A stretch of 64,000 bases of DNA, from the NCBI RefSeq assembly GCF_036971445.1, contig NC_091481.1, forward strand, positions 22,816,001 through 22,880,000, given 5' to 3'. How positions within the stretch are numbered: position 1 is the first letter of the stretch; every line of letters begins with the position of its first letter. The notes beneath the pieces are model-generated. The model made no database searches. It worked only from the letters and a program-made list of their open reading frames with translations, and had not been told where the DNA came from. The stretch comes from Narcine bancroftii (taxonomy: Eukaryota). Below are positions 1 to 13,100 of this stretch, one piece after another. Made by a program: the position numbers and the translations under genes.

Positions 1-1945
1 GTCCAACTGCACATCCTCATTAACCCACTGTTCTTTTAACATTAAAGGTCCTCCAACCTAATTTCCAGACACAATTTCAAAAGGGCTGAAACCTAATGAA
101 TCCTGCATAGACTCTCTTGCTACAAATAACAGTAAATGAATACATTCATCCCAATCTTTCCCATTCTCCAGACAATAAATCCTCAATATATTTTTAGGAG
201 TAGAATGAAATCTTTTCAAAGCTCCCTGCGTTTCGGGATGGTACGCAGATGAAGTGATCTGTTTAATTCCCAATTCATAAATCAACTGCTGAAACAACAC
301 AGACATGAAATTAGTTCCTTGATCACTCTGGAACAGTTTAGGTAACCCAAAAACTGAAAAAATTTTACAAAGCCTTTACCACTGTTTTTGCTTTAATATT
401 TTTCATGGTTTAGCTTCTGGAATTCTGGATGCCATACACATAATTGTTAACAAGTACTGATTCTCAGCTTTTGTTTTAGGCAATCCACAACAACACTCGT
501 GAAAGGTTCCCCAACAACAGGAATAGGTTGCAAGGGAGCTACCAGAGGACCCTGGTTAGGTTTCCCCACAACCTGACAAAGGTGACATATCTGTCACCAA
601 TTCACAACATTCTTCCTCAAACAAGGTCAGAAAAATTGTTCCAAAATTTTATTCATGGTTTTTTTTTAAAAAAACACCAAGATGACCAGCCAAAGGGCCA
701 AATTTAAAATTTCATTCCGGTAAATTCTAGGAATGACCACCCGATGAATCACTACCCACTCTTCTTTGGCAGGAACATCACGAGGCCTCCATTTCCTCAT
801 TAACAATTCACCCCTCCAGTAATATCCATAGAGCATTTCCTTAATCTCCTCATTTACAGCTTTCTCCCTCAAGTCAGCAAGATCAGAATCTGACTTTTGC
901 TGCTCAAATAACTCTTTTTTTGACAAAGAGAAATCCAGACTCACATTTAACCTCCTCCTTCTGGGCTATTTCAGACATACTGGGCAAGTCTCATTCAACT
1001 GGATACATTCTGCTCTCATCATTTTCTAGACAAAGACCTTGTAACAGCACATGCGCAGGATATATCTCACAATCTTCATCAACCTCATCCTTACAAGGCT
1101 TATTTGTTAATCTCATAACTGACCCAACTTTATCCTCTGCCAAATCATTCCCAATAAAAATGAGACTCCTTGCATGGGTAACTCCTACTACAACTGGAAC
1201 TTTAACTAACTTTGAATTCAACACTATTTTGTGCAGAGATATTGACTCAACATCTCCTGTGTCCCTCTTTTGATCAAGAGTTAAAACATTCTCCAACAAC
1301 AGTGACTGGTCAGCCCAGTATCTCTAAGAATTTAATTGGAACCTTGGAATTTCCCTCCTTTACTGAAACCAAGTCCACCGACACAAAAGGTTTGAAAACA
1401 TCCAAAACATCCTTACCATGTATGGAACATCTGTTCTCATTAAATTCAACTTCTGAATACACGCTTCTGGTAATATCTACTTTTATCGTCTCTTTTTCTA
1501 CACTAAACAATTAGCAAGAACATGACCAGGTTTCTTACAAAAATGACATACAAATCCAGAAGTTCTGTCCTTTCCCACCTTACCTTCATCTTTTCTCTTA
1601 ACCTTCACCCCAGACAATTTCAGGTTTACTAGTCTACTCCACATCAACCTTCTGAAAAGGTTTACTAATCTGTTCCACATTAACCCTCTGAAAAGGCTCA
1701 CTATACTGAAATCTGTTTTTGTGAATCCGGGCATATTTATCTAGTAACTTAGCTATTTGTTGCCATGTTTTTCTCATCCAGGTATAATTTGCTACACCTT
1801 GGGAACACAACTTTTAATTTCCTCAATTACCATCAATTCTCTTAATCTGTCATAATCATTATTTATTCCTTTTGAGGTGCACCAAGAGTCAAAGCATACA
1901 GATTTTCCTAGAGCAAAATCCATACAAGTATAAGAATTGCCTGCA
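1..1945 (-). mobile_element. Degenerate Gypsy LTR retrotransposon internal region (Gmr1-like order gag-protease-integrase) in TRMU intron 1
   Basis: Minus-strand ORF fragments in order: SCAN/gag-like RLRELMVIEEIKSCVP (~1800-1860), CCHC knuckle CHFCKKPGHVLANC (~1510-1550), protease-like region (~1150-1350), integrase N-terminal part (666-944), integrase core ITSSAYHPETQGALKRFH...SLGFSPFEIV (58-306). Many stops and frameshifts. Confidence 0.85.
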
Positions 1946-2170
1946 ACCAGTAAACTTGGAGGAATGAGAAGTGAGATTGGACTGTGAACTTTTCTGAACT
2001 TACAATCAAGTGCGGTTAGAAATGGAAGGGGGTAACTTCGGTTAGATAAGTTAAAGTTTGATCCTGTTTTCATGCTTAAAGATAATTAAAAGCAACTTTT
2101 GTTTAAGTCACCATTTGTCTTGGTGAATATCATTCGCTGCTGGGTTTTGAGGTCCTCTGGGCTCGTAACA
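1946..2170. mobile_element. LTR-like fragment ending ...GCTCGTAACA
   Basis: TG..CA-type terminus at 2170 with ATTAAA at 2085-2090 on +. Abuts the Gypsy internal region. Orientation uncertain. Confidence 0.5.
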
Positions 2171-2989
2171 CTATTCAATAGTGTCCGATTCTAGAACGTG
2201 ACCCCACCAGTACTTTTACAATGTCATTTTCGGATGGGCAATAAATAACGGATTCTGAGTTGGAAACCGATTCTTCTGCACATAGAGTCAATGTCGATTG
2301 ATATTAATCCTACATTACTTCCAGTGCCAGATTCAGGCATGAATTAACCATTTTAGGGCCAATTCTTGGTGGGGTGGGCTTTTAAAGAGCGTGTGTGTAT
2401 TTCGCCCACGCAAAGATTTTCCACTTTGAGCTTCGTGTTTATTTTAATGCTGTTCCACTCTGCATTTTTCAAATTTTGTATTTAATTTGGAGACTTTTCA
2501 ACACGCGTGCATCACGGCGGTGGGTTTAGTTCAGGCAGCGGCGATCAATGCGTCGGGATGACGGGCTCCGCCGAATCGTGTTTGTTTTCCGGGCTCACAC
2601 CCAAGATCCGACACGGCCCCGGGAAAGAAAGCCCCAAAAATATGAAATGCAGTCTAAATATTTTGGCAAGTAAAGCCAATGACAAAAGAGCTTTGCATTG
2701 AGATGTAATTGATGATGGTAAATCAATCTCTGATGGTCCCATTGCTATTCGTGGTTGTTTCAATTCCATGTTTTAGAATGTTACATTTGGAAACATTGTT
2801 ATTCTCCCTGGCTGGACAATATACTTTTCAAACAGCTTGTGTAGCAAATTTTCAGGGTTCGTTTTAAAATTAGGACTTAAATTGTAATATTTTAAGCTCA
2901 GGCTTTGAGTTTGGTGAGACCTATTTTTTAAACCGGTTTTATATAGTTTAGGGCCTCGGCAAGTCTGGATCCGGGAGCTACCACCCAGA

Positions 2990-3340
2990 TTATGGTCTCC
3001 TCCCAACATCAAGCGCCGCGCTCCCTCTGCACCGAGCACGGTGACCCGCGGCTCCTCACCTCTCTGCCGAAGCAGCAGCGCGGCCACAGCGCTGTCCACG
3101 CCGCCCGACACGGCGCACGCCACCCGGCGCAGCAACCGGCTCATCTGCCGCGAGGCCCGGGTCAGGCCTCCGCTTCTCCCCGGCACAGATTCAGCGGCCA
3201 GGGTCCGCCGCCGGGGGCGGGGAAACTGCGGCCGGCACTCCCGTGCAACAGCTCACCATTCCCCGGGCATCGGCGCCCTGAATCCCACCTGCAACAACCC
3301 GAGGCTGGACCTGCTATCAGAAGCGGATGCGTTTCACCTG
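2990..3340. promoter_or_regulatory. CpG island / TRMU promoter
   Basis: GC- and CpG-rich stretch around the ATG, with a GC box (GGGGCGGGG) at ~3214-3222. Confidence 0.7.
3060..3144 (-). CDS. TRMU: TRMU (mitochondrial tRNA 2-thiouridylase MTU1/MnmA) coding exon 1; rest of gene lies beyond the window start
   Basis: MSRLLRRVACAVSGGVDSAVAALLLRQRG contains the MnmA PP-loop SGGVDS. 85 nt, then a GTGAG donor (phase 1). Lies in a CpG island directly downstream of GTSE1, as in mammals. Confidence 0.93.
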
Positions 3341-3588
3341 CAGTGATGAACATCTCCAATTCCTGCAGGGACAGAAGAGGACGACCTCCATCCTGCACCA
3401 CTGGACCCCTATCCAGAACCCAGCTGAAAATCAGGGCTTTTCCGAATGCACGGTCGACATGCAACCTTTTGAGGACCACTTGATCGTCAATTACCTGATG
3501 TAGACACAAGCATAGTCAGAAAGCATAAACTCACCAGTGGGCTGATCAACTTCCACAGGGTCTAGGCCTCCACGATGTACCCCTCACT

Positions 3589-4234
3589 CCTCGCCATGTG
3601 CCAGGCCAACGCGAGGCTGGTGGAGACCTCGCCATGTGCCAGGCCAACGCGAGGCTGGTGGAGACCTCGCCATGTCCCAGGCCAACGCGAGGCTGGTGGA
3701 GACCTCGCCATGTCCCAGGCCAACGCGAGGCTGGTGGAGACCTCGCCATGTCCCAGGCCAACGCGAGGCTGGTGGAGACCTCGCCATGTCCCAGGCCAAC
3801 GCGAGGCTGGTGGAGACCTCGCCATGTCCCAGGCCAACGCGAGGCTGGTGGAGACCTCGCCATGTCCCAGGCCAACGCGAGGCTGGTGGAGACCTCGCCA
3901 TGTCCCAGGCCAACGCGAGGCTGGTGGAGACCTCGCCATGTCCCAGGCCAACGCGAGGCTGGTGGAGACCTCGCCATGTCCCAGGCCAACGCGAGGCTGG
4001 TGGAGACCTCGCCATGTCCCAGGCCAACGCGAGGCTGGTGGAGACCTCGCCATGTCCCAGGCCAACGCGAGGCTGGTGGAGACCTCGCCATGTCCCAGGC
4101 CAACGCGAGGCTGGTGGAGACCTCGCCATGTCCCAGGCCAACGCGAGGCTGGTGGAGACCTCGCCATGTCCCAGGCCAACGCGAGGCTGGTGGAGACCTC
4201 GCCATGTCCCAGGCCAACGCGAGGCTGGTGGAGA
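3589..4234. repeat. Minisatellite, 17 x 38 bp (CCTCGCCATGTCCCAGGCCAACGCGAGGCTGGTGGAGA)
   Basis: 646 bp = 17 units. Only the first two units differ (GTGCC instead of GTCCC). No spacers. Confidence 0.97.
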
Positions 4235-5260
4235 AGCTGTCCTTGCTGGGACCCAACATCCCTCTCTATATAATTGGATTCTGGACTTCCCAACAGAAAG
4301 ACCACAGACTTTCCGGGTCAAATAGCAGAATATCGAGCTCCATCACACTTCAGGGCTGTGAGCTCAGCCCATTCCTGTTCACGCAACTGACCCACAACTG
4401 CATCATCAGATCCAGCTCCAGTGTCGTGAAGTTTGCAGCATGCACAACATGCACAACAGTACTTGGCATCGGCAACAATGATGAATTCACACTACAGAGA
4501 AGAGTTGGGAAATGGTGCGAGAGTAACAACCTGAATCTCAATATGGACAAGACAAAGGAGATGATTATGGACTTCAGAAGGACCAAGAATGACCATCCTC
4601 CATTACACATCTCTGTAGTAAGTTCCTTGGAGTTCACTTAACTACTGACCTATAATGGACACTCAACATCTCATTTGTCAGGAAGGCACAACAGTGACTG
4701 TATTTCCTGAGAAGATGGAAGTGGGCAAGGGTACTGGCCACCATCGTGTCAACTTTCTATAGGAGCTCTATCAAGAGCATTCTGTCTGGCTGCATCACAG
4801 TGTGGTACCGTTGCTACAGAGAAATGGATCGGAGGTCAATCCTCAGGACCACAAGAGTGGCAGAGAGGGCCACTGGAGTCTCTCTCTTTCTTTTCTTCTT
4901 CCCCTCTCCCCAGCCCCAAATTGACATGATCTATCTGGATCATTGTCAGAAGAGGGCACACAAAATCATTGAGGACCCCTTTCACCCTGCACACAGCATC
5001 TTTCAGATGCTCCCGTCAGGGAAGAGATACAGGAGTATTAGAGCCAGCACCACCAGGCTGAGGAACAGCTTCTTCCCACAGAATGAGAATGCTGAATGAC
5101 CAAACTGTTCACACTAACCATCCGAGACTCTCATTAATGAAACAATATAGATGAAATACTGTCATTATCTGCCTATATGTGTATCTGCATGTTTTGAGGA
5201 GTGGAGAACACTGTTTTGTCAAGTTGTACTTGTGTACAATCAGATGGCAATAAACTTGTC
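4221..5260 (+). mobile_element. Rex1/Babar-like LINE, 5'-truncated RT fragment
   Basis: RLVEKLSLLG..NWILDF..QGCELSPFLF..VKFA..WCESNNLNLNMDKTKEMIMDFRR and FYRSSIKSILSGCITVWY..DPFHPAHSIFQMLPSGKRYRSI. Ends near CAATAAAC. Confidence 0.8.
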
Positions 5261-5970
5261 TTCAGTCTACCCAGCCATTTAATCATGAGCTGGTCCATTT
5301 TTCCCCCCACTCAGGCCAACCGTCCAGCCTTCTCCTCAAAACCTTTGATATCCTGGTCAATCAAGAATCCATCAATCTCTGTCTTAAATATACCCAACAA
5401 CTTGGGCTCCACAACCACCTGTGGCAACAATGACCAGATTCAACATCTCCTGGCTAAAGAAATTCTTCCACATTGTTCTCAGTGGCCACCCTTCAACCCT
5501 GAAGGTGTGCCCTCTTGTCCTAGAAGACTCTCCCACCATGGCGGAAAACAACCTTTTTACATCACTCAAGTACACAATAGGGGCAATTTCCAGCAGTTAC
5601 TCAACTATTAGTTCCACATTTTTGAAATGGAGAAAACCCAAGTAGTCACAGGGAGAATGTACAAACTCCATAGAGATGGAGTCACAAGAGCAGAAGCAGC
5701 AATTCTACAAACTGCAGCATTGTGCTTCCCAAACAATAAAAGCATTTCTAAACATCAACCTCCTAATCATTTTAGCATGTTTGACAATTTATTTCATTTT
5801 GCATTTAAACATCCAAACCCTGATGTGGCTTTGGCTTGTTCTGGAACGTTGCTGGCAGTAGCCATCAGTGCAAGTGAATATTGAGAGTAAATAAAGGAAT
5901 AGATTATCTAAAATACAACAACATCAAAAGCAGTGTCTATGGAACATTAATGAAAATAAGCCCGTGATTA

Positions 5971-6575
5971 CACTGGACAACAAAGATTTTATTTCTTGAA
6001 CACATTTTATGGATTTTGGAAATCACCATAAAAATTACCTATCACATACCTTTTTAAAAAAAAGATATAACCTATTTTGTGATTTCCTATCATATTTTAA
6101 CACTATTAGTACATTGCCCACAAAGCAAGCTGTTTTGGTCAGTCTAATCAGTTCAAGCATCCCTGGACATGTACTGAGTGAAGGTGCTAGACAAATATCA
6201 TCTTAGGCCTGGGCATGCTTAGTTTGGATAGGTGCAAACAGGTTATAAAAGCAGCTCACTTACTACATTGACATAGATTGAATGCATGTTCTTCATGCAA
6301 TAGCACAGTGAATGAACTTAATATTTATCATCTTCAGGAAGATTCAAGACAGCAAAAATGTCTCCTCAATGTCACAACAGTTGCAATATATTCTGTTACA
6401 TTTGTGGCTAATATATGCTTAATGCTAAATTCAATCAAAGTTAATTTAATGTTTCTCCAACTTCCTACGTGATAGAGCAAATCTGAAATCATTTTTGTTT
6501 TCAGCTTGAAGTTGTCATCACAGTCCCCATTTTTTTTCTAGGAAGCAAACTTTTTGAAAAAAATTGTTATCGATG
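5971..6575. mobile_element. MITE (Tc1/mariner-like, TA-flanked), copy A
   Basis: Starts TA|CACTGGACAACAAA. Both ends are similar to those of 8877-9465. Confidence 0.55.
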
Positions 6576-7949
6576 TATTACAACAGGACCTGATCCACCT
6601 GATCTTCTATGGGAAACAACAACAAAAAACCCACCTAATTTAATTCTGAACAAAATGTTAATGGAATCAATTAAACTGTAATTTTTTAAATGACCAGCAG
6701 AATTGACATTACTGTACAAAAAATGAATGTTTAGTAACACTCCAGTCAAAAAAATTAGAGGAAAAGTTTTATCCAACATGGTTTCTCAACATTTATCTCG
6801 GGCTGAAATGTATTCAAGAGTTCCAAGTAACTCAAATAGACGTTGAAACAAATGGTTTCCACGTTGGGCAAAGTTAACTTTGCCATTGACCAATAAAGAT
6901 CACCCCCTATAGATGCCATTGCATTAAGGGGGGTGGGGGGAAATCAATCCTTAAAAGGAAAAAAAAGGCAGTGATAATAAATGGAAAAATGTTAGTGCTG
7001 AAGAGAACCAAATTATTGAAACTTCAAGTATGGCAATAATCATATAACAAAATTAGTTAATCATAAAACACTGCCAGTAACTGTTACAATAGATTAAGAG
7101 AATCTGGATTCATCCACAAATAAGTAATTCAGAATAGTTTAAACATAAATATTATCATTTAACTGAAAAAAATTAAAGCAAATAAACATCAGTTACAGGA
7201 AGTTTAAAAACAAAAATAACTAAAATGCTGGAAATACTCAGCAGGCCAAGCAGTATCTTCAGAGTGCAAAACAACAAATCAGCACAGGAAGTGGCCCTTC
7301 AGTCCACTATGTCTATACTGACCATGTCAATCTAATACCTTCTGTTGTATGTAGTCTGTATTCCTCCATTTCCTACTAGTTCACAGGTCTAAATACATCT
7401 AATCATCTCTCTAAGGCAGTAGATTCCAGGCACTTACCACTCTAAAAGTCTCATTAATTCCAATTTCTCCCCCTCCCCCCCACATACCTTAAATTTGTAG
7501 TCCCTAATATTTGACATTTCCATCAGGTCATCCCTGAGCCTCTGACTCCAGAGAAAGCAATCCAAGTATGTCCAACCTTTCCTTGTTGCCGATTATACTC
7601 CCAACACAGATTAATCTTTTCTGCATCTGCTCTAAAGCCTCCACATCCTTCCTATAGTGTGGCAACCAGAACTGAACACAATGCTCCAAGTGTAGCCCAA
7701 CTAAAATTCAGACAGCTGTAGCATGACTTCAACTCCTACACTGAACCCAACCAATGAAAGGGAGTATGCTCCCAAAGGTTCTGCCATTTATGGTATATTT
7801 TCCTTTTGCATTCAACTTCCCAAAGTGTCACAGATTTCAAAATTTGTTTGAAACCTTCCTTGCTGTCCACAACTCCACCAATTTGTGTCATCTAAACTTA
7901 ATCATCTTATATTTTCATCAAAAAAAAGACAAAAGTTTTAGCACTAATC

Positions 7950-8345
7950 CTAACATAACATATAATAACATAACAATTACAGCACGGAAACAGGCCATTA
8001 GGCCCTTCTAGTCCGCACTGAACCAAACACCCCTCTCTAGTCCCACCTCCCTGCACAATGCCCATAACCCTCCATCTTCTTCTCATCCATATACCTGTCC
8101 AACCTTTTCTTAAATAATACAATTGACTCCGCCGCCACTATTTCTCCCGGAAGATCATTCCACACGGCTACCACTCTCTGAGTAAAGAAGTTCCCCCTCA
8201 TGTTACCTCTAAACCTCTGCCCCTTAATTCTTAACTCATGTCCTCTTGTTTTAATCTTTCCTCCTCTTAACGGAAATAGTCTATCCACATCCACTCTGTC
8301 TATCCCTTTCATAATCTTAAATACTTCTATCAAATCCCCTCTCCT
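7950..8345 (-). mobile_element. Young CR1 LINE 3' end nested in an older CR1 relic (~7280-8530)
   Basis: IEVFKIMKGIDRVDVDRLFPL..TRGH..FFTQRVVAVWNDLP, followed by a (GTTAT)n-type tail. Confidence 0.85.
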
Positions 8346-8876
8346 TACAGAACAACTCCAGTGAGAAAAAAAAAACCCAGTAACTGTCTTCTAAAACAAG
8401 CCAATTTTGGATCTAATTTACCAAATAACCATGGATCCCTGGACCTTTTGGACTATTTCCATTTCCATCCACTTTTTCTGGCTTAAATCTCTCCTTGACT
8501 TTTGAATGGACAACCCTTTCCCTAGCTTCTAATATACGTACCAAATGCAGAGAAATTTTCATTAATCATACTTGCCAACATTTCATTGTCCCTTTTAGCT
8601 CTACTAATTTCTAGTTTGTTACATTTCCTGCTTCCTTTATATTCCACAGGGTCCTCATATTGAAACATACTGTCCATCTGAGTATTTCCAACATTTTCTG
8701 CTGTTTTCATCTCAAGCGACATTTCAATCATAAAGGACAATTATCCAGCATGTGCATTAAAATCTCCTGCATCACTTCACATAAGATGCAGCATTAAAAG
8801 CTTGATTGTCTAAACCTAAAATCAGAACATTTGGATACACTCAGTAGATCAAGTAGCATCAGGGAAAGAAAATTAA

Positions 8877-9465
8877 CACTGGACAGCAAAGATTTTGCTT
8901 CCTGGACACTTTTGGGTGTATTTTGATCACACAAATCACCTTAAAAGTTTCCAATCACATACTTTTTTTTAAGGATACAACATTATTTTTTTTAAGATTT
9001 CCTGTCATATTTTAAGTTGACTTCAAGCATACAAAAACATGAAGTGCAAAATGTCGTTAAAAATTCATTTTCTGCATTCACACTTGGACTTCTTCCCTGC
9101 TGATCTTGGTGTAGTTAGTGACAAACATGGTGAAAGGTTTCACCTGAACTTGGAAATGCGTTATCAGGGCAACTGGAATTCATCATCCTGGCCGACTATT
9201 GTTGGACGCTGACAGCAAATGCTGAGTACAAATGAAAATCGGCAGCGAAACATTTTTTAGGTTAGTTGAACTCGTGCAATGTGACAGCATCATTATGTGT
9301 TTAAACAAGTTAAATTCAATGAAAGTCAATTTAATGTTTCTCCAATGTCCGATGTGATACAGCAAATCTGAAATTATTTTTACATGCAGCTTGAAGTGGT
9401 CTATCATAATGTCAATTTTATTTTCAGGAAGCGACATATTGGGAAAAAAAAATTTTTGTCCAGTA
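8877..9465. mobile_element. MITE, copy B of the same family
   Basis: TIRs CACTGGACAGCAAA ... TTTTTGTCCAGTA|TA. Confidence 0.6.
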
Positions 9466-9830
9466 TAGTGGTTCAGATTAAAGGCTGGGTGAAGGCTGAC
9501 AGAGTTCCTCCAGAATTCATTTTTGCTCCAGATTCGAGCATCTAGTGTCTCACATTTCAGATTTATGACTTACTTTGCTCAGATACTGGTGAGTTCAGAG
9601 CATTTTCATTTTGCTTCAGATTTCTAGCACCCACAGATGTTCCCCCCCCCCACTTGCAAACCCATGCAGACTGTGTTCTGTGGCTTAAAATATGCCATAA
9701 ATACATGACATCACACAAACTTTTTTTCTATACACTGGCATGGTCATTGTATGCAACTTTCATATTGTAATAACCACAATAAAAATCATCAGTGGAAAAA
9801 AATGATCAACTCCAAAAATTTAACTGGACT

Positions 9831-9836
9831 TTTATT
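9831..9836 (-). terminator. Probable GTSE1 polyadenylation signal AATAAA
   Basis: About 230 nt downstream of the GTSE1 stop codon. Confidence 0.5.
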
Positions 9837-10067
9837 CACGTTTAAAACAATTCTTCAAAAATCAAATTTCATGGAGGATAAACATACCAACATTGAGCTT
9901 GAATGAAACCATTTAACATTTTGAATCAAACACAGAGACATTAAACGAGACATTAATTTCAGCCCATCTACAACAAGGAATTTGCAAGCTCACGCTAACA
10001 CAAGAACTGAAAGCAAAATGGATTCAAGAGAGACAAGAAATTATAAGAGTAAATAAAAGCATCCTTT

Positions 10068-10154
10068 TCAAAACTTCAGCAAAGGAGAATTCACATCCAC
10101 GTTTTCTTTGTCTGCAGGGCTCAACAAAATCAGCGGAGAGCTGAAATCTATAAG
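10068..10154 (-). CDS. GTSE1: GTSE1 last coding exon
   Basis: tttag|LIDFSSPLILLSPADKENVDVNSPLLKF*; clathrin-box-like motif and KEN box. Confidence 0.92.
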   Translation of the reverse strand, partial: LIDFSSPLILLSPADKENVDVNSPLLKF

Positions 10155-13100
10155 CTAAAATAGAATATTTCACATTTAGAAAATGTCAAAGAAAATCCAG
10201 ATGTAGTATTCAAAGATTACGAGAGAGAATGCAGATCATCTAAATCATTATGCTTGCAGACAGCTGTCCAAAATGATCCCCAAAACTCTGCCAAGTAGTT
10301 CTCTTCCACTTGTTGCCGACTTAAGATTCTTTAAGAAATCTAATTTCTACTAACTGTGCCGCGATAATTTCAGGTTGTGGAGATAGAACTCTCATTTTTT
10401 TTTCTGGTTTGCCTTTTCTTGAATGATCTTTCAGGGTTCATTAGCTAAGTTACCATTTACTCGGCACCTTTAACGGGTTGGTGGGCAATGTGCCCAGTAA
10501 TCCCTTTACTTACCCACCTACCAGAGGAAAGTTTCCCCCCATTTGCTCCTTCAATTTTGAAGGTGGCTACTGCATTTCCAGTAAACCATCTCTGACCCAG
10601 GACAAAATTACACTGCTCCAATGGCATCACTTCACTTTAAAACTTCTATTCTCTCCACGGTTTTGATAGCCTTCCTAAAAGTCTGAATACCAAAACCACT
10701 GAATGCTCTCAAGGCCTAATCAGAAATTTGGAAAGATTAGTAGGGAATGCATATCCTTGCATTCTGTTTGCCTACTAAGAAAGACAAATGATCAGTTCAC
10801 CATCATAATATGCCTGCCTTATTCCAAGATTTCTGTATTTTCATTCCTCTTTTCTTCTGCTCCTGTCCCACCCTTAAAAGGGCCTTTGAAATTGTTCTGC
10901 ACCTCGATTTAAAGGAATAAATTTAGGTATAACTAAGCAATCCTCATCACATGTGGTGCAGTGATCAATTCTGCAGTCACAACTTTTTAAACAAATGATA
11001 CAATTACCTGAATGGAGGGATGAAAAATTATGAATGCTGAATTTTGTAATAGCACAAAGATGGGATGGAAAGTCAGTCAAGAAGAGGACACGAGGAGAGT
11101 CCAGAAAATTAACAAATTAAAGATTAGTGTGGGAGAATTGGGCTCCAATTCATGGCAAATTGGCACCAGTATTGGGGAAGGCAGGAACTGTTGAAAGGGA
11201 TGGGCACCATCTGAACCACGATTGCATAATGAGGATGGTGGACAGGTCTTTAAAATAAATAGTAGGAGGTTGGGTTCAACAGATTGGTGAGGGATGGGTA
11301 AAGTAAAAGAGAAGAGTGTGGGTAAAGTAAAAGCAAAAGTTTAAAAAAGGGAAAGTAAGAGTCGAGACAGCGTCAGCACCAGAACTAATGTTAGAGGGGA
11401 GCATTAGCATCTTTCTCATACAAATGGAGGGTACAATAGTTTGGTCTAAAACCAGTGTTTTATGCCAAACAAAGGAAACTACAATGGGATGAGGGAGGAG
11501 TTAGCCAGGGTAGACTGGGAACCAGGCTATATGGAGGGACAGTTGAGAACAGTGGAAGACTTTCAAGAACAGTAAAGGTGAGGACAGCCAGACCTGGATA
11601 ACTAAGGAAATAAAGGAAGGCATCAGACTTCTTCAGAGGATGATGGATATATGGAACAAGCTACCAGAGAAAGTGGCAGAAGTAGAGACAAATGTAATGT
11701 TCAAAAAAGCATTCAGAAAACTACATGGATAGGAAAGGTTCAGGAAGATATGAGCCAAATTCAATAAACCTAGCATGGACAAGTTCGGCCGAAGGCCCCT
11801 TTTCCACGTTGTGGAGCTCTACGACATGCATACATCTGCTGCTGTTCTGAAATTTTTCACGTTCTTTTATTCTACCACCACCAAGTCATCATCAGTAACT
11901 GAAGTTCCCTGCCATTAGTTTTTCATACAAAATCTCAACCCTGCTCTCGCAATATTTAGGGTATCTTGTAAATAACCAACGTAACTATTTTCTGCTCCAT
12001 TGGATTAAGCAAACAGATTTAGTCTCGTATCCTTCCATTTTAGAGATGATATTGAAATATAATTTGACCTGTTTATAGGAATATTTTTTTTAAATATATT
12101 ACAGAATAGAATTGCTTATACTCAGAAAGATACATATCTGTTTGACCCGTTAAATAACAAATTTGCAACAATTTCAAATTCATGCTTCCTGAAACAAGAT
12201 CACCAGTATAAGATAACTTACTAGTTCGAGAGCCTTGAGTGGTACAATTTTCTTTTGATCAGGAGTATTGGAGAGATCGATAAGTGGATGATCTTCACCT
12301 TTTCTATTTTTTGAATTAATTTCAATCAGAAGATTCTAAATAGGTAAAAATAATAACATGAAAATGAAACATAAAATGTCCATTTGGCAAACAACTATTT
12401 CAATAGACTAAACAGTTACAGATTATTCCATTTTATCAATCAATGCATCAACTCCAAATCAACAAAGTGTTTAAAAACAGTTAACAATCAATAGTTAATA
12501 AAACTTAAATTTGACTAACTTTTGTTTGTCTAACTACATTGTAAACTTTTGTTGTAGTTAGTATGCAACCCTACCTCTTTGATTTGCATCTCAAAGGCAC
12601 ACTCTTTGACTTCCTCTTGGTTTGTGGTCTGTGGTTTATGAGGAGAGAAATCCAGAATGCAAGGTACCAGGGGAAGAGACATCTCATCTTCAGAGGAATT
12701 TGGAGAACTGAGAACCCGTGGCTTCTCCAACAATTTTTGCTTATTACTGAGGAGAAAAAGAGTTAACAGGTTGCCAAGAAGGAACCAGTGAATGCTACAC
12801 CCAGAGTTCACAACCATCCATGCCAATAAATATTCAGATAGAAAACTAATATCCAATTCAACAAATCATTGCATTACTCCGTGGAGAAAGCAAAAATTAT
12901 GCTAAAGTCTCCAACTTTTCTATTGTTAACATTTCGAAGATGTTTTACAAAATGGCTAAAAGTCCAGCCAAATATTTATGACAGTGAACTGCATGCTGGG
13001 GTTTTAACAAAAAAGGAAAATATAGAATTTAACTTATACAAAGATGTGATAACCTACAAATATTTCCAAGTTGAAGTAAAACTTGGAGGAATTATAGACG

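Noticed and set aside
2773-3186. 137-aa ORF as the complete TRMU product
   Set aside because: The upstream start is non-ATG, and similarity stops at the GTGAG donor at 3059; the rest is intron.
3546-4325. Six overlapping 230-350 aa ORFs and a CRISPR-like 38-bp periodicity
   Set aside because: Head-to-tail repeat with no unique spacers and no cas genes. The ORFs arise because the unit has no stop codons.
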